In this document: positions 12,804 through 25,405 of the stretch, in pieces
Numbering within the stretch: position 1 is the first letter of the stretch
Layout: each line of letters starts with the position of its first letter
NCBI GenBank assembly: GCA_019828565.1
Contig: JAHDYR010000021.1
Location: forward strand, 154,982-218,981
Direction of reading: 5' to 3'
Origin: Carpediemonas membranifera BICM
Lineage: Eukaryota > Protista > Fornicata
DNA length: 64,000 bases
The notes under the pieces: generated by a model
Seen by the model: the letters and a program-made list of their open reading frames with translations, nothing else
Database searches by the model: none
What the model was told of the DNA's origin: nothing
Position numbers and translations under genes: made by a program

Positions 12804-13085
12804 CTGCACCGAATGAGGATTTTCAGTGACGAATTTTCTCTGGCTAAACTGCACAGTGTTCGCAACGACCGGTCGTCTTCGTCGGAGGAGCAGTAGTGGT
12901 TCCTGTACAGCAGGGTGTTAGTTCTGAATTATAACGCGCACGTCTCCATATGCCACGACAGCCGCCCTCATTTCGGATGCCGCTGACGATCGCAGTGCCA
13001 GCCCACTCAGCGGCACGGTTGGCAGTTTAGTTGATGTCGAATCAGTACAAGGGAAAACCGTAAAATTTACACGGGAAACATGGAC

Positions 13086-14749
13086 TTACTCTTTGAGGGA
13101 GCCGCGCTCGCGCATCATGGGCATGACGCGGTTCTCAAGACGCATGTTGGTCTCGATGGGGAGGCCGGCGACGCAGCGGAGGATGTTCTCGAGGCAGGCA
13201 CGCTGGGCGGGGAGGGCGTTGATGATGGGTGTCTGGTCGGGGACGCGGGGGGCCTTGCAGAAGAAGGAGATGGTGTTCATGACGGGGTGGAAGTTCTCCC
13301 ACTCGCCGTTGGGCTCGCGGATCTCGAGACGGCCGAGCATCTCGCCGCAGAGGGCCATGTCCATGATGATGGGGGCCGCCAGGAGGGAGTCCTCGCACGT
13401 GTTGTGGAGGACGATGGTGTTCTTGCCGCGCATGAAGATCTCGGAGGTGTACTCGTCCATGGCGCGCTTGGAGTCGCCGACGTACTTGAGGTACTTGATG
13501 ACGATGCAGTGGTCGGGCTTCTCGATCTCGCCGGGGCGCTTGTAAAGGATGTCGTTGGAGGCAACGATGTCGTCAACGACGTTGGCCTTGGTGATCTCCT
13601 TGCTGCGGAACTGGGCGGGGGAGGAGAGGTTGAGGCCGTCGTTGTTGCCCAGATGGTTGTAGGAGGCGATGCAGGTGGGCTTGATGCCCGAGGAGACGAG
13701 GAAGTCGGTGAGGACAGACTTCATCTTGGTCTGGCCAGACTTGAAGTCGTCGCCGCCGATCATGGAGCGGTTGCGGACGGCGTACTCGATGACGCCGGGG
13801 ACGAGGGTGTTCTGGGGGGAGCCGTTGATGAAGGTGACCTTCTCCTCGATGGCGGCGATGGCGAAGAGGCTGGAGGGGGCGATGTGCTTGCTCTTCTCGG
13901 CGTCCTTGAGGGAGGCGAGGAGCTCGGCCTCGGTGGTGTTGACGCCCTCGATGATGGGGGCAAAACACTCGGTGTTGGCGGTCCAGAGGACGACGATCTT
14001 CTCGAGGTTGTTCTCCTCCTTGAACTTGCGCATCTGGGCCTTGATGACCTCGACGTACCAGCGGCGGCCGGTGGTGTCGACCTCCTCGCCGAGCATCTCC
14101 TTGGCGTACTCAGCGGTGATGACGTTGTTGGCGCGGTCCTCCTGGTTGGCGGCTACGAAGTTGATGTCAAAGACGGAGGGCATGGGGGTGATGTTCTCCA
14201 TGTAGGGGCGGAGCTTGTGCTGCAGGGTCACGTCGAGGACGGCGGCCTTCTGCATAGCGGCGTACATGTTGTCGTTGTTGATGTCCCAGCCACCGAGCAT
14301 GAACTGGTCGGGGTTCTTGGGGTCAACGAAGGGGACGAGGCTGCGGAAGGGAGCATAGACGTCCTCGCCGGCATGGGTGGTGCCGAGACGGACAGTGGAG
14401 CTCTCTATCATGGAGCCGAAGAAGTTGGGGTTGCAGACACCGTCCTTGCGCTCCCAGGAGATGTTGTGCTGGTTGGCAAGAAGGCCGCCGAGAAGAGTGG
14501 AGCCGTTGGAGCCACCGAAGCCGACAAGCATGAGGCCGGTCTTGGGAGCGTGCTGGCTGATGCGGATCTCGAGCTCCTTGTGAGTAGGAGTGACAACGGC
14601 GTGGCCGTCCTTCATCTCAACCTCGGTATTGTTGTAGACGAATCTAGAGTAAGAAAATTCGAGCGCCTGTATCGGCAAAAGACATACTTGGAGGACTTAT
14701 ATTCAGTAGTATCGGCCTTACCGGCAACGGAGAAAGAATCGACGAGCAT
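13086..14749 (-). CDS. INO1: myo-inositol-1-phosphate synthase (short 5' intron)
   Basis: GFGGSNG, GGWDI, LWTANTE, NGSPQNT, GGDDFKSGQTK, SYNHLGNNDG, YVGDSKRAMDEY, HNTCEDSLLA. Confidence 0.97.
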
Positions 14750-15491
14750 TCGTGGGCTTCGTTCGCTGTGACGCAAAGTCGCCAGAGTCACGGTCAGAAA
14801 TCTGAGGACCCGGCAAAATTTTAAGTACTATGGCACCGGCGAATAAAAGGAATGACGCATCGGGCGCTGGGATGATGGAAAGATGATATACAGGCGCACA
14901 GCCTTTGATTGCCGCTCATACGCAGGATGTGCAGGATGAGCCCAAGGCCTCCGTGCCTCCGTGGCTGACCCGTTGTCAGTGTTCAGGCGGGTTGAGCACT
15001 TGGGTCGACCAGGACTGGTGCAGGGACCCGTACATGACCTGGAATGTATCCGCGTAAAGACAATCGTCCCTTGCCAACAATGAACGGGATCCGTTTCCAC
15101 GCTCAACAGCCGCAACAACCTCCATCAGAAGTAAGTATCCACCAATGATTCATTATGTAGTTTGTCCGGAAGGTCAAGCTCGTCCAGCGCAAGTTTGAGA
15201 GCATCGCCCGTCCTGCGGTCCAATACGGAGCCATTCCCCTCATCCTCTACCTTGGTCTTACGGTATGCACCATAATACACCATCACACAGACTGATCCCC
15301 GTCCCAACATGCTCTCTGTGTTCAACCCTCTCTGAGCACCCTTCGCCCTTCATTAAACCGTGTCGCATGCGCTAGTGAGCTCTGTCTCCCACCACTGGAC
15401 GCGAGTGATGTACTGCTGCCTTGCTGGCCTCTGGTTCGGGGCTTGTGAATCGATGCTGCGACCCCTTCGCCTTCATTCCGTATTTACAACG

Positions 15492-16265
15492 TCAACCTCG
15501 CAGCCGCTCGGCCACAGCATGTCCGAACCCCACCCAGCCCTGGCCACCGCTGATCTCATTGTAGACCGGCTCGATCACACGGGACCACAGGAGCCACGCG
15601 GCTGGGGCGAGCACGGAAATGGCCAGGAAAGTCATCAGTGAGAACATGACGAGCAGAAGGACGACCCACAGCTTGGCGTTACGGACCCACATCGTCCGCT
15701 TGACCCGCTGCGTCTCCGTGTGGAACATTCGGGCGTCCACGGCGAGGGAGTTGGCCCGGTCGTCGAGCTCGTCCAGGTTCTCCCCACGACGGATGAGCGT
15801 GTCGATGTTGGAGTGCATGATGCCCTTGATGGCATCGGTCTCGGTCTTCAAGGCCTCGAGGCGGTCGACGTTCTCGATGATGTCGTACTTGGCGGCCATC
15901 GATGAAAGGAGGGGCTTGCACCGGCTAGTCAGGCTGTTGCGCTGAGCATCAGCGACGTTGTTCCCTACCCGGGCGATAAATGAGTCCTTCAGCTCGTGCA
16001 GGAGAGAAAATGCGGTCCGCTGGGGGTATGAGGGGGCGGTGACGACAAAGAAGGCGCAGTTCGCGGTTGTGTCGTAGTGGATGGTACCAATGCCACTGGT
16101 GATCGTGAGACGGCTTCTATCGTTGAACTTAGAAGCTGAAATCACCTTCTCGATCAAGGAGGGGTAGTCGACGCCATCCAGCTTGTATGCGGTGTGAGAG
16201 GCGATGACCTGGTTGTCCTCGCGCTTTCCGATTGCAATATAGCGAATATTACCGGTTGAAACCAT
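15492..16265 (-). CDS. Longin-domain R-SNARE (VAMP7-like)
   Basis: Longin N-terminus (YPQRTAFSLL), R-SNARE core NIDTLIRRGENLDEL, C-terminal TM helix. Confidence 0.9.
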   Translation of the reverse strand: MVSTGNIRYIAIGKREDNQVIASHTAYKLDGVDYPSLIEKVISASKFNDRSRLTITSGIGTIHYDTTANCAFFVVTAPSYPQRTAFSLLHELKDSFIARVGNNVADAQRNSLTSRCKPLLSSMAAKYDIIENVDRLEALKTETDAIKGIMHSNIDTLIRRGENLDELDDRANSLAVDARMFHTETQRVKRTMWVRNAKLWVVLLLVMFSLMTFLAISVLAPAAWLLWSRVIEPVYNEISGGQGWVGFGHAVAERLRG

Positions 16266-16391
16266 TCTGAAGCTTCGAAAGCATGACGACTTCGTATGCA
16301 GACATCCGCAACAGTGAGCATAAACTGCGCTGTCCCAAACTGGGCCAGTACTGCTTTATTCTACTCTATGTGATCGCTACATGTGTCCACA

Positions 16392-16892
16392 CTAGCTATT
16401 CTTCACGGGAGAGGGGCTTACTTTCGGATGGAGGTGAGCTGCCCCGCCGTGCACAACAATGCCCACCGGGGAGGACGGTTCAGACGGCGTGACAGAGCCG
16501 TGCGACAGATCGCTGGATTTAGACGACGAGTGTCTGTGGTGCCGCGGCACAGCGGCTGGCTGGCGCAGCATTGCTTGAGTGACGGCCTTGGTCAACTTTG
16601 CCCTTTGCGACCCAGCGTCAACATGAGACGATATACGCTTCAGGAACTTGTCTAGCTCCATCTTTGAAGGGTCTCTCATGCTTAGGAAGTCTATGAAGCT
16701 CGCTGTGCAGAGAGTCCTCGCAGTCTCCGCCGTCTTCTTTTCTAGAACGCTGCAGACTTCGTCCGCGAGCATTTTGGCCCTTTTCGCAATGAATTCATCG
16801 CGGGAATCGCGTTGGGACGGCGCCATGTCTTTCAACGAAGAATCCATGACTTCTTCTTGAGAACGTTGTGAGAACGTTTCCAAACTGCACAT
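16392..16892 (-). CDS. Hypothetical protein (true start may lie further upstream)
   Basis: 166-aa ORF, no recognised motif. Confidence 0.4.
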   Translation of the reverse strand: MCSLETFSQRSQEEVMDSSLKDMAPSQRDSRDEFIAKRAKMLADEVCSVLEKKTAETARTLCTASFIDFLSMRDPSKMELDKFLKRISSHVDAGSQRAKLTKAVTQAMLRQPAAVPRHHRHSSSKSSDLSHGSVTPSEPSSPVGIVVHGGAAHLHPKVSPSPVKNS

Positions 16893-17461
16893 GCCGTCAT
16901 TTGTCCGGGCTGGCCGATCCCAAGCATCCGCAGTCCAACACTACCGTTATATCCATCGCTGTTCATGTGGCAGGGTCCGTCCTCCTGGTCGGCATCATGT
17001 CCACCCGCTCCACTCGCGTGTCGACTGATGAAGACGTGCTTTGTGGGTCTCACCTCCAGTCAGTGAATGCATGATGCGTTTTTATCCAGTTACTATGAAT
17101 GTTACTGGACCAGCACACCGCTCATTGCTGCCCGTCAGGCTGCCTGGGATGACAAAGCTTGACCTCCGCCGGAGATGTCAGCCCAGTGTTCAAGGGTATC
17201 GACAAAGCTTACAGGTTCCCATGTGGCGGATGATGTTGGCATGCACTCACACAAACAAGTCAACCCGCCTCATAAATGAATGGGACGGCGGACTTGACAT
17301 GCGGGGGGGGGGGGGAATGGCGCTACATTTAGCATCTATGGTCACTTAGCAATGCCTGGGCTGTCCGGTAAGTCATGCAGACCTCTGTGGCGGGCTTCAT
17401 GATCACGTTCTCTCCCGATGACGACCTTTACACTACTCCAAGAAAATAAAGGCATGTTCAA

Positions 17462-17677
17462 TCACTTCTTGCCAGCAGCAGCAGCCGCGCGCTTCTCCTC
17501 AGCGGCCTTCTGCTTGTCACGCATGATCTGCGCCTGGCGCTCGCGATCATTGGCGAAAGAGACGCCAGCTTCTGCCCGAGCGTTCTTGGCCGCCTTAGAC
17601 TTATCCTTCCCAGCATTCTGTGCATTCTGCTTAGCATTGCGTGCGCGAGAAAGCTCTCTCTGGTTTCCACGAGCCAT
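17462..17677 (-). CDS. Small EDRK-rich factor (SERF/4F5 family)
   Basis: MARGNQRELSRARNAK...DRERQAQIMRDKQK. Confidence 0.9.
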   Translation of the reverse strand: MARGNQRELSRARNAKQNAQNAGKDKSKAAKNARAEAGVSFANDRERQAQIMRDKQKAAEEKRAAAAAGKK

Positions 17678-17841
17678 ATCGTTTGGTCGTTTGCGCTTGT
17701 CCTGCGCGATTGCATGTGAATCGTTGACCTCACTAGGGCGACGTCGCGAATGTCCGGCGTCGTTAGTACGGGTTAGACCCTCTTATGTACGCCCCCCGAC
17801 GTATGTGCAGTTTATGCAACATCGCGAGAGCATCTCACCAG

Positions 17842-20830
17842 ATGTTCCAATACAAACGATTCAACTTTTTGGAGAGAACTCCGGCGTCCACATTTTGTAA
17901 TCATCCGCAAGTTCCCCAACATGCGGGCAAAATTACCTGTTTTCACGTCAGCACGGGGCTCTTTGCGGTGGGCGATGACAAAGGGAACGTGTTCGTCGCT
18001 GATGAGCACTTTGAATGGGCGGTGGATGATGTGTTCGACACAATAACGCTCAGCGTGAAGCTGGTGACCCGCAACCGCAACAACCTGCTTGTCTGTATTG
18101 GTGTCAACACAATAGAAGAGCAGGAGCACTTCGTGATCCGCGCCATCCGTGTCAACACGATCCTGAAGAACACAGCCGCCGCCAGAGCGAGCAGACCCAT
18201 CATCATCCCCCGTGAGATCGCCGCGCCTGGCCGCGAGTGCCGAGCCCTTTGCTTCAGCGTGCACCCCGACCACACGCACGTCGCCGTGGGCTTCTCCTCC
18301 GCCACTCTCGTCGTAGTGACAGACGTGACCTCCCCCAACCCGCACATCTCCCACCTTAACATGCACGGCGTCGACGGGGAGGCGCACGCCGTCACCAACG
18401 TCTCCTGGTCTCACACAGCCAAGAACAAGCTGTTCCTGACCACCTGCTCAGCCGCCTCCCCCCACTCGGCAGTGCAGAAGTTCTTTGACGACAACACCCG
18501 CACCTTTGGCCGCGGCGCCGTCCTCGTGGCCTTCCTGTCGGGCGGCAGGATCCAGCTGGGTGACGCAGACTCCCGCCTGACCCACGTCATGGACGAGGGC
18601 AAGAAGGGCGTCCCCATCAGATGCGCGGCCCGAGTCCCACCCCCGCATCGCCGCGGCAGACGGCACAGTCGAGATGTTCGGCATCGAAGGCTACGCTGCA
18701 GCCGAGCCGTCGGCGATCTACACCTACTACCGGCCCGACTTCTTCTACCCGACCCCGACGGACCAAGGCCACTTCATCGTCAGCTCGTTCAAGGGCTGCT
18801 TCGTCCTCGTATCCCCAGACATCGCCAACGTCTCGGAGCTCGGCGAGCGGGAGGATATGGAGCATTTCGAGGAAGTCATGCCCGCAACTCAGATGGTGAC
18901 TTTGACAGTCGTTGACCATACTGAGAAAATCATCACTTTCCAGCATACACACAACTGCGGCATAATCGACGTCGTGGCCGACGGGAACTCGCTCTACACA
19001 CTGACCGCGGACGGCAACGTCCACTGTGTCACCGAGATTGACACGCAGCGGAAGCTCGAGGGCCTCTATGCGAAGAACCAGTATGCCACGGCGATCAAGC
19101 TGGCGTCGAACGAAGGGCGGGACGAGGACTACATCTCGTCGATCCGACGTGACTACGCCGACTACCTCTGGTTGAAGGGCGACCCCGAGAACGCCGTGAA
19201 CTACTACAAGCAGACCATCGGGCACGGCGTCGAGCCCTCGTACGTCATCGACAAGCTTTTGAACTCGTCAAATGTGCAGTGGCTGACTGATTATCTCAAG
19301 GCGCTGCATCGCGTGGGACTTCACACATCGCATCACACCAGACTGCTCCTCAACTGCTTCACTAAGAAGCGCGGCAAGCACGGGGCCGATCCAGCTGACA
19401 GCGGCGTTGACGAGCTCCGCTCCTTCATCTTTGGCTCAGGCCGAGGCAAGGCGCTCGACCTGACAACTCTCGACGTCGAGTCGATCATCGTGTACTGCCA
19501 CAACCGGGGCACGGTCAAGGCCATCGAGACTGCCAGCCGCATCGCCAACATGGCGGGTCGACTCGACTGGGTGACTCGAATCCAAGTCGGAGATCATCAA
19601 CTGACCCAGGCCGTCGAGACGATGACAAAGGTGGTCAGCTGGGAAACCCTATTCGAACTCATCCAGGAGCATGCCGCCGTGCTTCTCGAAGACAAGCAGG
19701 CGTCGAGCGACCTGAACGACCTCATCGTCCGTCACTGCCGTAAGAAGACGGTTAGCCTGACCATCGAGGACAGCGACAACCTCGACTACGCCACGAGCCA
19801 CTCGATCCACAGCGTGTTCCCGCTCTACATCAACCACCCCGCACTACTGACTGACTTGTTGACTGAGATTGTCAAGCTCGACGCGTGTCCAGTCGATGTG
19901 TGGACGACTCTGTTTGAGTTGAAAATGACAACTTGGGCCGAGCTTGACAAGGACCCGGAGGCTGACCCTAAGGCCAAGGCTGCGGTCGAATCAGATCTCC
20001 TTGGATATCTCGACCAACCAGAATCTGGGCCTGACCGTCAGCGTGCTCTCGTGACTTGCCACATCCACCAGTTCCGTCGCGGCATCCTCCATCTTAGCCG
20101 GCATCTCAGCGAGATCGTCCGCTACCACATCGCCTCGGGGAACATCCCAGAGGCCGTGTTAGAGTTCAACAAGTTCTCTGGCGACGAGACGGTCACTCCG
20201 GTTGACCGGCAGACTGTCGCCCGCACTCTCCTACCGCACGTGGCCAAGTACTCCGCAGAGCACGCCGGGGAGAAGGGCCCGAGTCTGTTGGCCCAGTATC
20301 TCGATCAGATGGAGTCTGTGATGACCCCTCTTGAGGTGGTCGACGCCCTAGCCCAGACAGACTGTCTGCTGTGCGACCTGGGCGCTTATCTGATCGAGAA
20401 GATGAAGGCGCAGGAGTCCATCATCGCGGAGAACACAGAGGAGATACGAAAGCTCGAGACGGACATCGACAAGGTCAGCGAGGACGTCCGTCTGTGCAAG
20501 GGTGTCAGAGTCTACCGGTCACAGGAGTGCGACTCGTGCCACAAGCAGCTGACTGGACAGATTGTCCACTTTTCATGCGGCCACTCGTACCACGCCGACT
20601 GTCTGACGGCCGACGACAGGTGCTACAAGTGCTCTGGGGAGATGGCCGCGCTGAACAAGGAGCAGGAGGTGATGAGGAAGAAGATCGTCGACTTTATGGG
20701 GTTCGATAAGAAGCTGCAGAACGACCCCTCGCCGTTTTCGGTTGTTGCCGAGTACTTTGGGAGCTCGATCTTTAGTGAGATGGAGCTGGAGCCTCCGCAG
20801 CCCTATGTGGATGGTGAGGACGATCTTTAA
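17842..20830 (+). CDS. VPS11: Vacuolar protein sorting 11 (HOPS/CORVET); apparent frameshift near 18640-18670
   Basis: MFQYKRFNFLE N-terminus, KLEGLYAKNQYATAIKLA, YADYLWLKGD, EPSYVI, HTRLLLNCF, C-terminal RING (CDSC..HFSCGHSYHADC..C..C), FSVVAEYFG. Confidence 0.92.
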
Positions 20831-20917
20831 TAGTGTTATGTTTAAAAGTTTAGCATGCCGAGGCAATCAATCCATCATCTATGTCCCTACTTCAACCAAC
20901 TATTATTTTTAACCAGC

Positions 20918-22318
20918 TCACTCGTCCTTCTCCTTCGTCTCGTCCAAGAACACAGGCAGTGCTACCTTTGCCCAGTTCCCCCGCCACCGGTCAGCCCCCT
21001 CCATCGTTGTCTGGTCACCATACTTGGCAATCACCCTTGCGCGCAGTTTAGCCAGAGTCGAGTCGGGTTGGCGACCATCAGCGACCATTTTAGCCAAAGT
21101 CTCGCAAAGCTGGTCAGCCACATTGATTCCGGGTTCCAGCACAATGCCAGTGGATTTTGATACAAGCTCAGTGATGGTCTTAAAGTGCACAGAGATGGCT
21201 GGCACGCCGGACCCGAACATGTCCAGGATCTTCATTGGCAGGTCGACACCGGAAGACGACGTGTGCAGGGACACGCCGACGTCCGCAGACCCGATGAGGG
21301 CGGGATAATCCTCAGCGGTGAGCCAGGCGCTGTAAATGCGGGCCGATCTCAGTTTGAGGGATGCGATCTTGGCCATACCGGCCTCACGCATCGGTCCCAT
21401 GCCTGTGATGATGCAGACCACCTTGAGAGTGTCAGTGTCTAGCTGACTGTCCAAAGCTGCCAGTCCATCGATGAGTGCATCAACATCTTCGTCTGGCGTC
21501 CAAGACGTGCCAGAGACCACTAGAAGAGGCCGGTCAGGCAGTCTCTTAACATCTGTACCGCAAGCAGTGAAAAGGGTGGGTCCCTCGAGCGTTTCCTTCG
21601 TCAGAGAGATGTACGGCAGGTCAGGCGGGGGATGGGCGCCGGGAACGAGGTTTAGGCGATGGAACAGGGTATGAGACACTGCTGGTGAGCGGGGGAAGAA
21701 CTGTGGCGCTGGCTTGTCGTGCAGGACGACGGCACCGGGAATGTTGAAGTTGGCGAGCATCCAGTTCGTCATCTGCTGCGAGACGGTGAAACAGCGGTTA
21801 GCACGGCGGCCGAACAGGCGCTCAAGCCAGCCATATACCCTCACAAGCGGGTGCTTTGTTCCAAACCTCAACCCAAGCAACGTGAACCCCAAGTTGTGCC
21901 AGTCGACGATGAACTTTGCCCCATGCCAGCGGGCAGCTAGCCAGGCCACGGGAAGGACAGGGATGGCAGGAGGAGTCTGAACTAGAACGTGGGTGGGCTT
22001 GCTGATGGTCATGAAGAGGGTCATGACGAGAAACATGGCCTGAAGAAGCATCTTGACGGGAAGCATGAAAAGGTAAGACAGGCGGCCAACGGAACGGGAA
22101 TACGGCAGCTTGTAGCGGTACACAGACACTGAATTGGACTCGATATGAGGATTCAGTGCTTGGATAAGCGAGGATCCAGCTAGTCCCACCAAGCTGACGT
22201 GAAAGCCGTGCTCGGCGAGTGAAAGGGCGTGATACTGCATTCTAGGAGACCTACCTACATCACCTAGAACTACAACGGCAACAGAGCCTTTCGCAGAGCT
22301 CTTCAACCGCTCGATCAT
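20918..22318 (-). CDS. ALG1: Chitobiosyldiphosphodolichol beta-1,4-mannosyltransferase
   Basis: VLGDVGRSPRMQYHA, QTPPAIP, VDWHNLGF, SGTSWTPDED, LHTSSSGVDLPMKILDMFG. Confidence 0.96.
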   Translation of the reverse strand: MIERLKSSAKGSVAVVVLGDVGRSPRMQYHALSLAEHGFHVSLVGLAGSSLIQALNPHIESNSVSVYRYKLPYSRSVGRLSYLFMLPVKMLLQAMFLVMTLFMTISKPTHVLVQTPPAIPVLPVAWLAARWHGAKFIVDWHNLGFTLLGLRFGTKHPLVRVYGWLERLFGRRANRCFTVSQQMTNWMLANFNIPGAVVLHDKPAPQFFPRSPAVSHTLFHRLNLVPGAHPPPDLPYISLTKETLEGPTLFTACGTDVKRLPDRPLLVVSGTSWTPDEDVDALIDGLAALDSQLDTDTLKVVCIITGMGPMREAGMAKIASLKLRSARIYSAWLTAEDYPALIGSADVGVSLHTSSSGVDLPMKILDMFGSGVPAISVHFKTITELVSKSTGIVLEPGINVADQLCETLAKMVADGRQPDSTLAKLRARVIAKYGDQTTMEGADRWRGNWAKVALPVFLDETKEKDE

Positions 22319-22402
22319 TATCGCTTGAGCTTAAGCTGCACAATTCCACCAGACGACACTCATCGAAAAGGTAGCACATGCTGTCACTCGCGTGTATACC
22401 AG

Positions 22403-22845
22403 CTACCCGGTGTGCTTTATCTGGATGTTGTGCTTGAGCATGAATTCCGCCAATGTCTGCTCGCGCGCCTTGAGGTCGCCGATCAGCTGGGTCTCAATCT
22501 GCTTCAGCTTGTCCCTGTTGGCCTGCAGGAAGGGGCGGACTGTGCCCACGGTGCCCTTCTGGAGGATGTCTCCACTCTGCCTCATGCAGGTGCGGTCTTC
22601 GGGGAGATCAACAAGCTCGCGGAGTACGTGGCTGTGTAAATGATTCAAAGCGTGTTGTTTGCTGTCTGGAAAGTTCCAGTAGCGGCAGAAACAAACTCGT
22701 GTTCGGAAACTTGGGCGGAGATCTCGGTAGCACGATTCCTAAGGTTCTCTACAATATCATTAAGCTTGTGGTACTCGCCAACAATCTTGTTACGCTCCTC
22801 GTCGCTGCTCATGACCTGTTCTCGATCGCTGCAGATTTCGGCCAT
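22403..22845 (-). CDS. Prefoldin subunit 2-like (one intron near 22637-22685)
   Basis: Coiled-coil EISAQVSEH|..VLRELVDLPEDRTCMRQSGDILQKGTVGTVRPFLQAN, C-terminal HNIQIK. Confidence 0.75.
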
Positions 22846-23026
22846 ACGAAAACTGCGAAATTACGAAACCTCACGCTAAAGTCGCTCTCAGTCCGGCCCC
22901 ATCAGCCATCCAAGCGTCACTACTCCACGTTCCTCGCTGTACTGCACCGGCCCCTGTCGTCTCTTGTCGACCGACCGGAGTCATTGCCAGGAGCTCGAGA
23001 AGCGGCCGGTCAAACTCTCAATCACT

Positions 23027-25405
23027 TTACACAAGAGGCGCATGGTACATCTCATCCAACTCATCCGAGAACTGACTCATGAACTCGGTCCGGACCGTCT
23101 TCATGGAGGGCGTCATCAACTTGTTCTCAGGCGTCCATTCAAACGGCGTAACGTGCACATTTCTGGGGAACTCGAAAGGCTTCAGCTTACCCTCGCCCAA
23201 GGTCCTAAAGTGCTGGATCAGGGCCTTCTTGAACTCGGCGCCCTGGACAGTTGCCTCGTCACCGTCCTCGGGCAGCAGGCCGGACGCCTTGCACTGGCTG
23301 ATGTCAACAGTGCAAATAACCACGACATAGGGCTCAGTGCTCCTTGCCACCGTGATAAGGGAAGGACACTCGCCGCATTCGAACGCCTGGTCGATCGCGT
23401 CGAGTCTAACGAACTCTCCCTGCTGCAGCTTAACAACGTTCTTGAGTCGGCCGACGAGTCGAGCCTTGGGCTGACCGTCAACGTACGTCACCTCAGCCAC
23501 ATCGCCCGTGTGGAACCAACCGTCGTCGTCGATCTGCTCCTCGGTCAGGTCGGGTCGCTTGTAGTACTGCCTGATGACTGCGGCTCCCTTGAGGCACACC
23601 TCGCCCTTGGGGTGTTCCTGGGCTGGGTTGGCGTCGTAGCGGCCGGGGACAGAGGCGAGCTTGAACTCCATGCCGGGCACCTGGTGGCACAGATAGCCCA
23701 GGTTAGATTCGTATCTGATATTAGATACACCGACGCACATGGACTCTGTCAAGCCGTAGCCCTCGAATACTTCGTCCACGCAGAGGGCGACCTTGAGGAA
23801 ACGCAGGGCCTTGCTGTCCATGGGGGCTGACCCGAGCCACAGCTGCCTGACTCTACCGCCGAGCGTCGCCTTGAACTTGGAGAAGACCAGCTTGTTACCG
23901 AGCGGCGACGGCTTGATGTATTTCCTAAACTCGAACTCGGAGTCGACTTGCCCTGAACGCTGGGTGAGGTAGCGGTTGAGGAGGTACTTCTTGACTCCAG
24001 AAGCTTGGGCGATCTTGGCCTGCATGGCGTTGTAGACTCTCATCAGAACTCTGGGCACAGCGATGAGGTAGGTCGGCTTAAGCTTGGCCATATCGCCCAT
24101 CACCATCTTGATGTTGCCAGAGTAGTAGCCGATGGCGTCGCCTCTCCATATGCACATGTGCTCCACTGAACGCTGGAACACGTGAGCGAGGGGAAGGTAC
24201 GACAAGATGACGTCGTGCTGGGGCTCTCCCACAGGAGAACCATGGTTGTTGCCAAGACCTACGTTTCCACTAGCAATGAGGATAGGTGGGACGAGGGCAC
24301 CGCAGCGGCAGGGCACACCCTTGGGCCGATCAGTGGTGCCTGAAGAGAAGATGATAGTGAAATCGTCATCTGGCTTCATGTCGAAGTCGCCGGACGACGA
24401 GGCGGCCTTGCCACGGGTCAGGGCAACATTCCACTCAATTGCCACAGGTCCTTTCGCAGGATAAGGGCACATGGCGTCCTTGACTGTAGAAAATCGAGCC
24501 ATGTTGGGGGGGATGAGGACGCTGCCGTAGTCTAGAGCGCTGATGATGGAGGGCGTAGGTGGGGCAAAGGAGGAGAGCTCGGACTTGCAGTCATCCCAGT
24601 TGTAAATGGAGGAGTCGTCCTTGCGGCGGAGGTCAATGTTGTGGCGTTCGCAGAATAGAGCACCCGTGGAGGCGAGGAGCATGCCGGGGTCAAATGGGTC
24701 CATGGAAATGACGAGTTCAAGGGTAGGGACGACGTCTACGAGGGAGAGGATCAGGGGGGCGTGGCGCTTGTCCACAAAGGCGGCCTTGACGTCGGTGAGC
24801 TCGCAAATGTACATGAGATTGTCAACACCGAGGGCATCGTACAAAGGCACCGTGACGAGGCCCGCGGCCATGCAGGCGAGGTCTGCGATGAGCCACTCGA
24901 TACGGTTCCTGCCGTAAATGACGACGCGGTCGCCGGGTTCGAGGGACGTGGAGCGGAGGAAGTCACGCATCTCGTCAACATATGTGGCCACCTCGGCATA
25001 TGTGAGCCACTTGTAATCGCCGTAGCGGTTGACATCCGTCTGGACGCGGGCGCCGAGCATGCAGCGCTCTGCGTAGAGCTCAACAGATTCGCGGAAGGAG
25101 CGGAGCGGCGTGTATTGTGCCCACCGGTTCTCCTTATTCCATTGGATGGTGCGGGGAGTGAGCTCAAACTCAGATTTCTTGCCCGCAAGACCGAGAGGAT
25201 GGAAATCGAAGACAAAGTCGGATGGCTCCTTCTTATCTGTCGTTTCAACTGCATCCACAGTGGTCTTTTCGGGGATTTCTACACTGATCATACCGTTCTG
25301 AGCGCTCTGAACGTTCTCGTCACTCATTCGTTGCGTCTCGATTTGGTTCGAAGTCTCAAACTCACCAGCAGAAAACAAAAGATTTGATGCACCAGATCTG
25401 GACAT
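23027..25405 (-). CDS. Long-chain fatty acyl-CoA synthetase
   Basis: IIFSSGTTDRPKG, SYLPLAHVFQR, EGYGLTE, GWFHTGDVA, GRLKNVVKLQQGEFV, MTPSMK. Confidence 0.93.
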   Translation of the reverse strand: MSRSGASNLLFSAGEFETSNQIETQRMSDENVQSAQNGMISVEIPEKTTVDAVETTDKKEPSDFVFDFHPLGLAGKKSEFELTPRTIQWNKENRWAQYTPLRSFRESVELYAERCMLGARVQTDVNRYGDYKWLTYAEVATYVDEMRDFLRSTSLEPGDRVVIYGRNRIEWLIADLACMAAGLVTVPLYDALGVDNLMYICELTDVKAAFVDKRHAPLILSLVDVVPTLELVISMDPFDPGMLLASTGALFCERHNIDLRRKDDSSIYNWDDCKSELSSFAPPTPSIISALDYGSVLIPPNMARFSTVKDAMCPYPAKGPVAIEWNVALTRGKAASSSGDFDMKPDDDFTIIFSSGTTDRPKGVPCRCGALVPPILIASGNVGLGNNHGSPVGEPQHDVILSYLPLAHVFQRSVEHMCIWRGDAIGYYSGNIKMVMGDMAKLKPTYLIAVPRVLMRVYNAMQAKIAQASGVKKYLLNRYLTQRSGQVDSEFEFRKYIKPSPLGNKLVFSKFKATLGGRVRQLWLGSAPMDSKALRFLKVALCVDEVFEGYGLTESMCVGVSNIRYESNLGYLCHQVPGMEFKLASVPGRYDANPAQEHPKGEVCLKGAAVIRQYYKRPDLTEEQIDDDGWFHTGDVAEVTYVDGQPKARLVGRLKNVVKLQQGEFVRLDAIDQAFECGECPSLITVARSTEPYVVVICTVDISQCKASGLLPEDGDEATVQGAEFKKALIQHFRTLGEGKLKPFEFPRNVHVTPFEWTPENKLMTPSMKTVRTEFMSQFSDELDEMYHAPLV

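Noticed and set aside
1769-14771. Long antisense ORFs (1769-3412, 5185-6138, 13080-14771; also 26701-28227)
   Set aside because: Mirror frames of highly codon-biased genes on the opposite strand
18630-18680. Programmed frameshift or pseudogenisation in VPS11 and the acetyl-CoA synthetases
   Set aside because: Breaks fall in or near C/G homopolymers and differ between the duplicate synthetase copies; most likely sequencing errors
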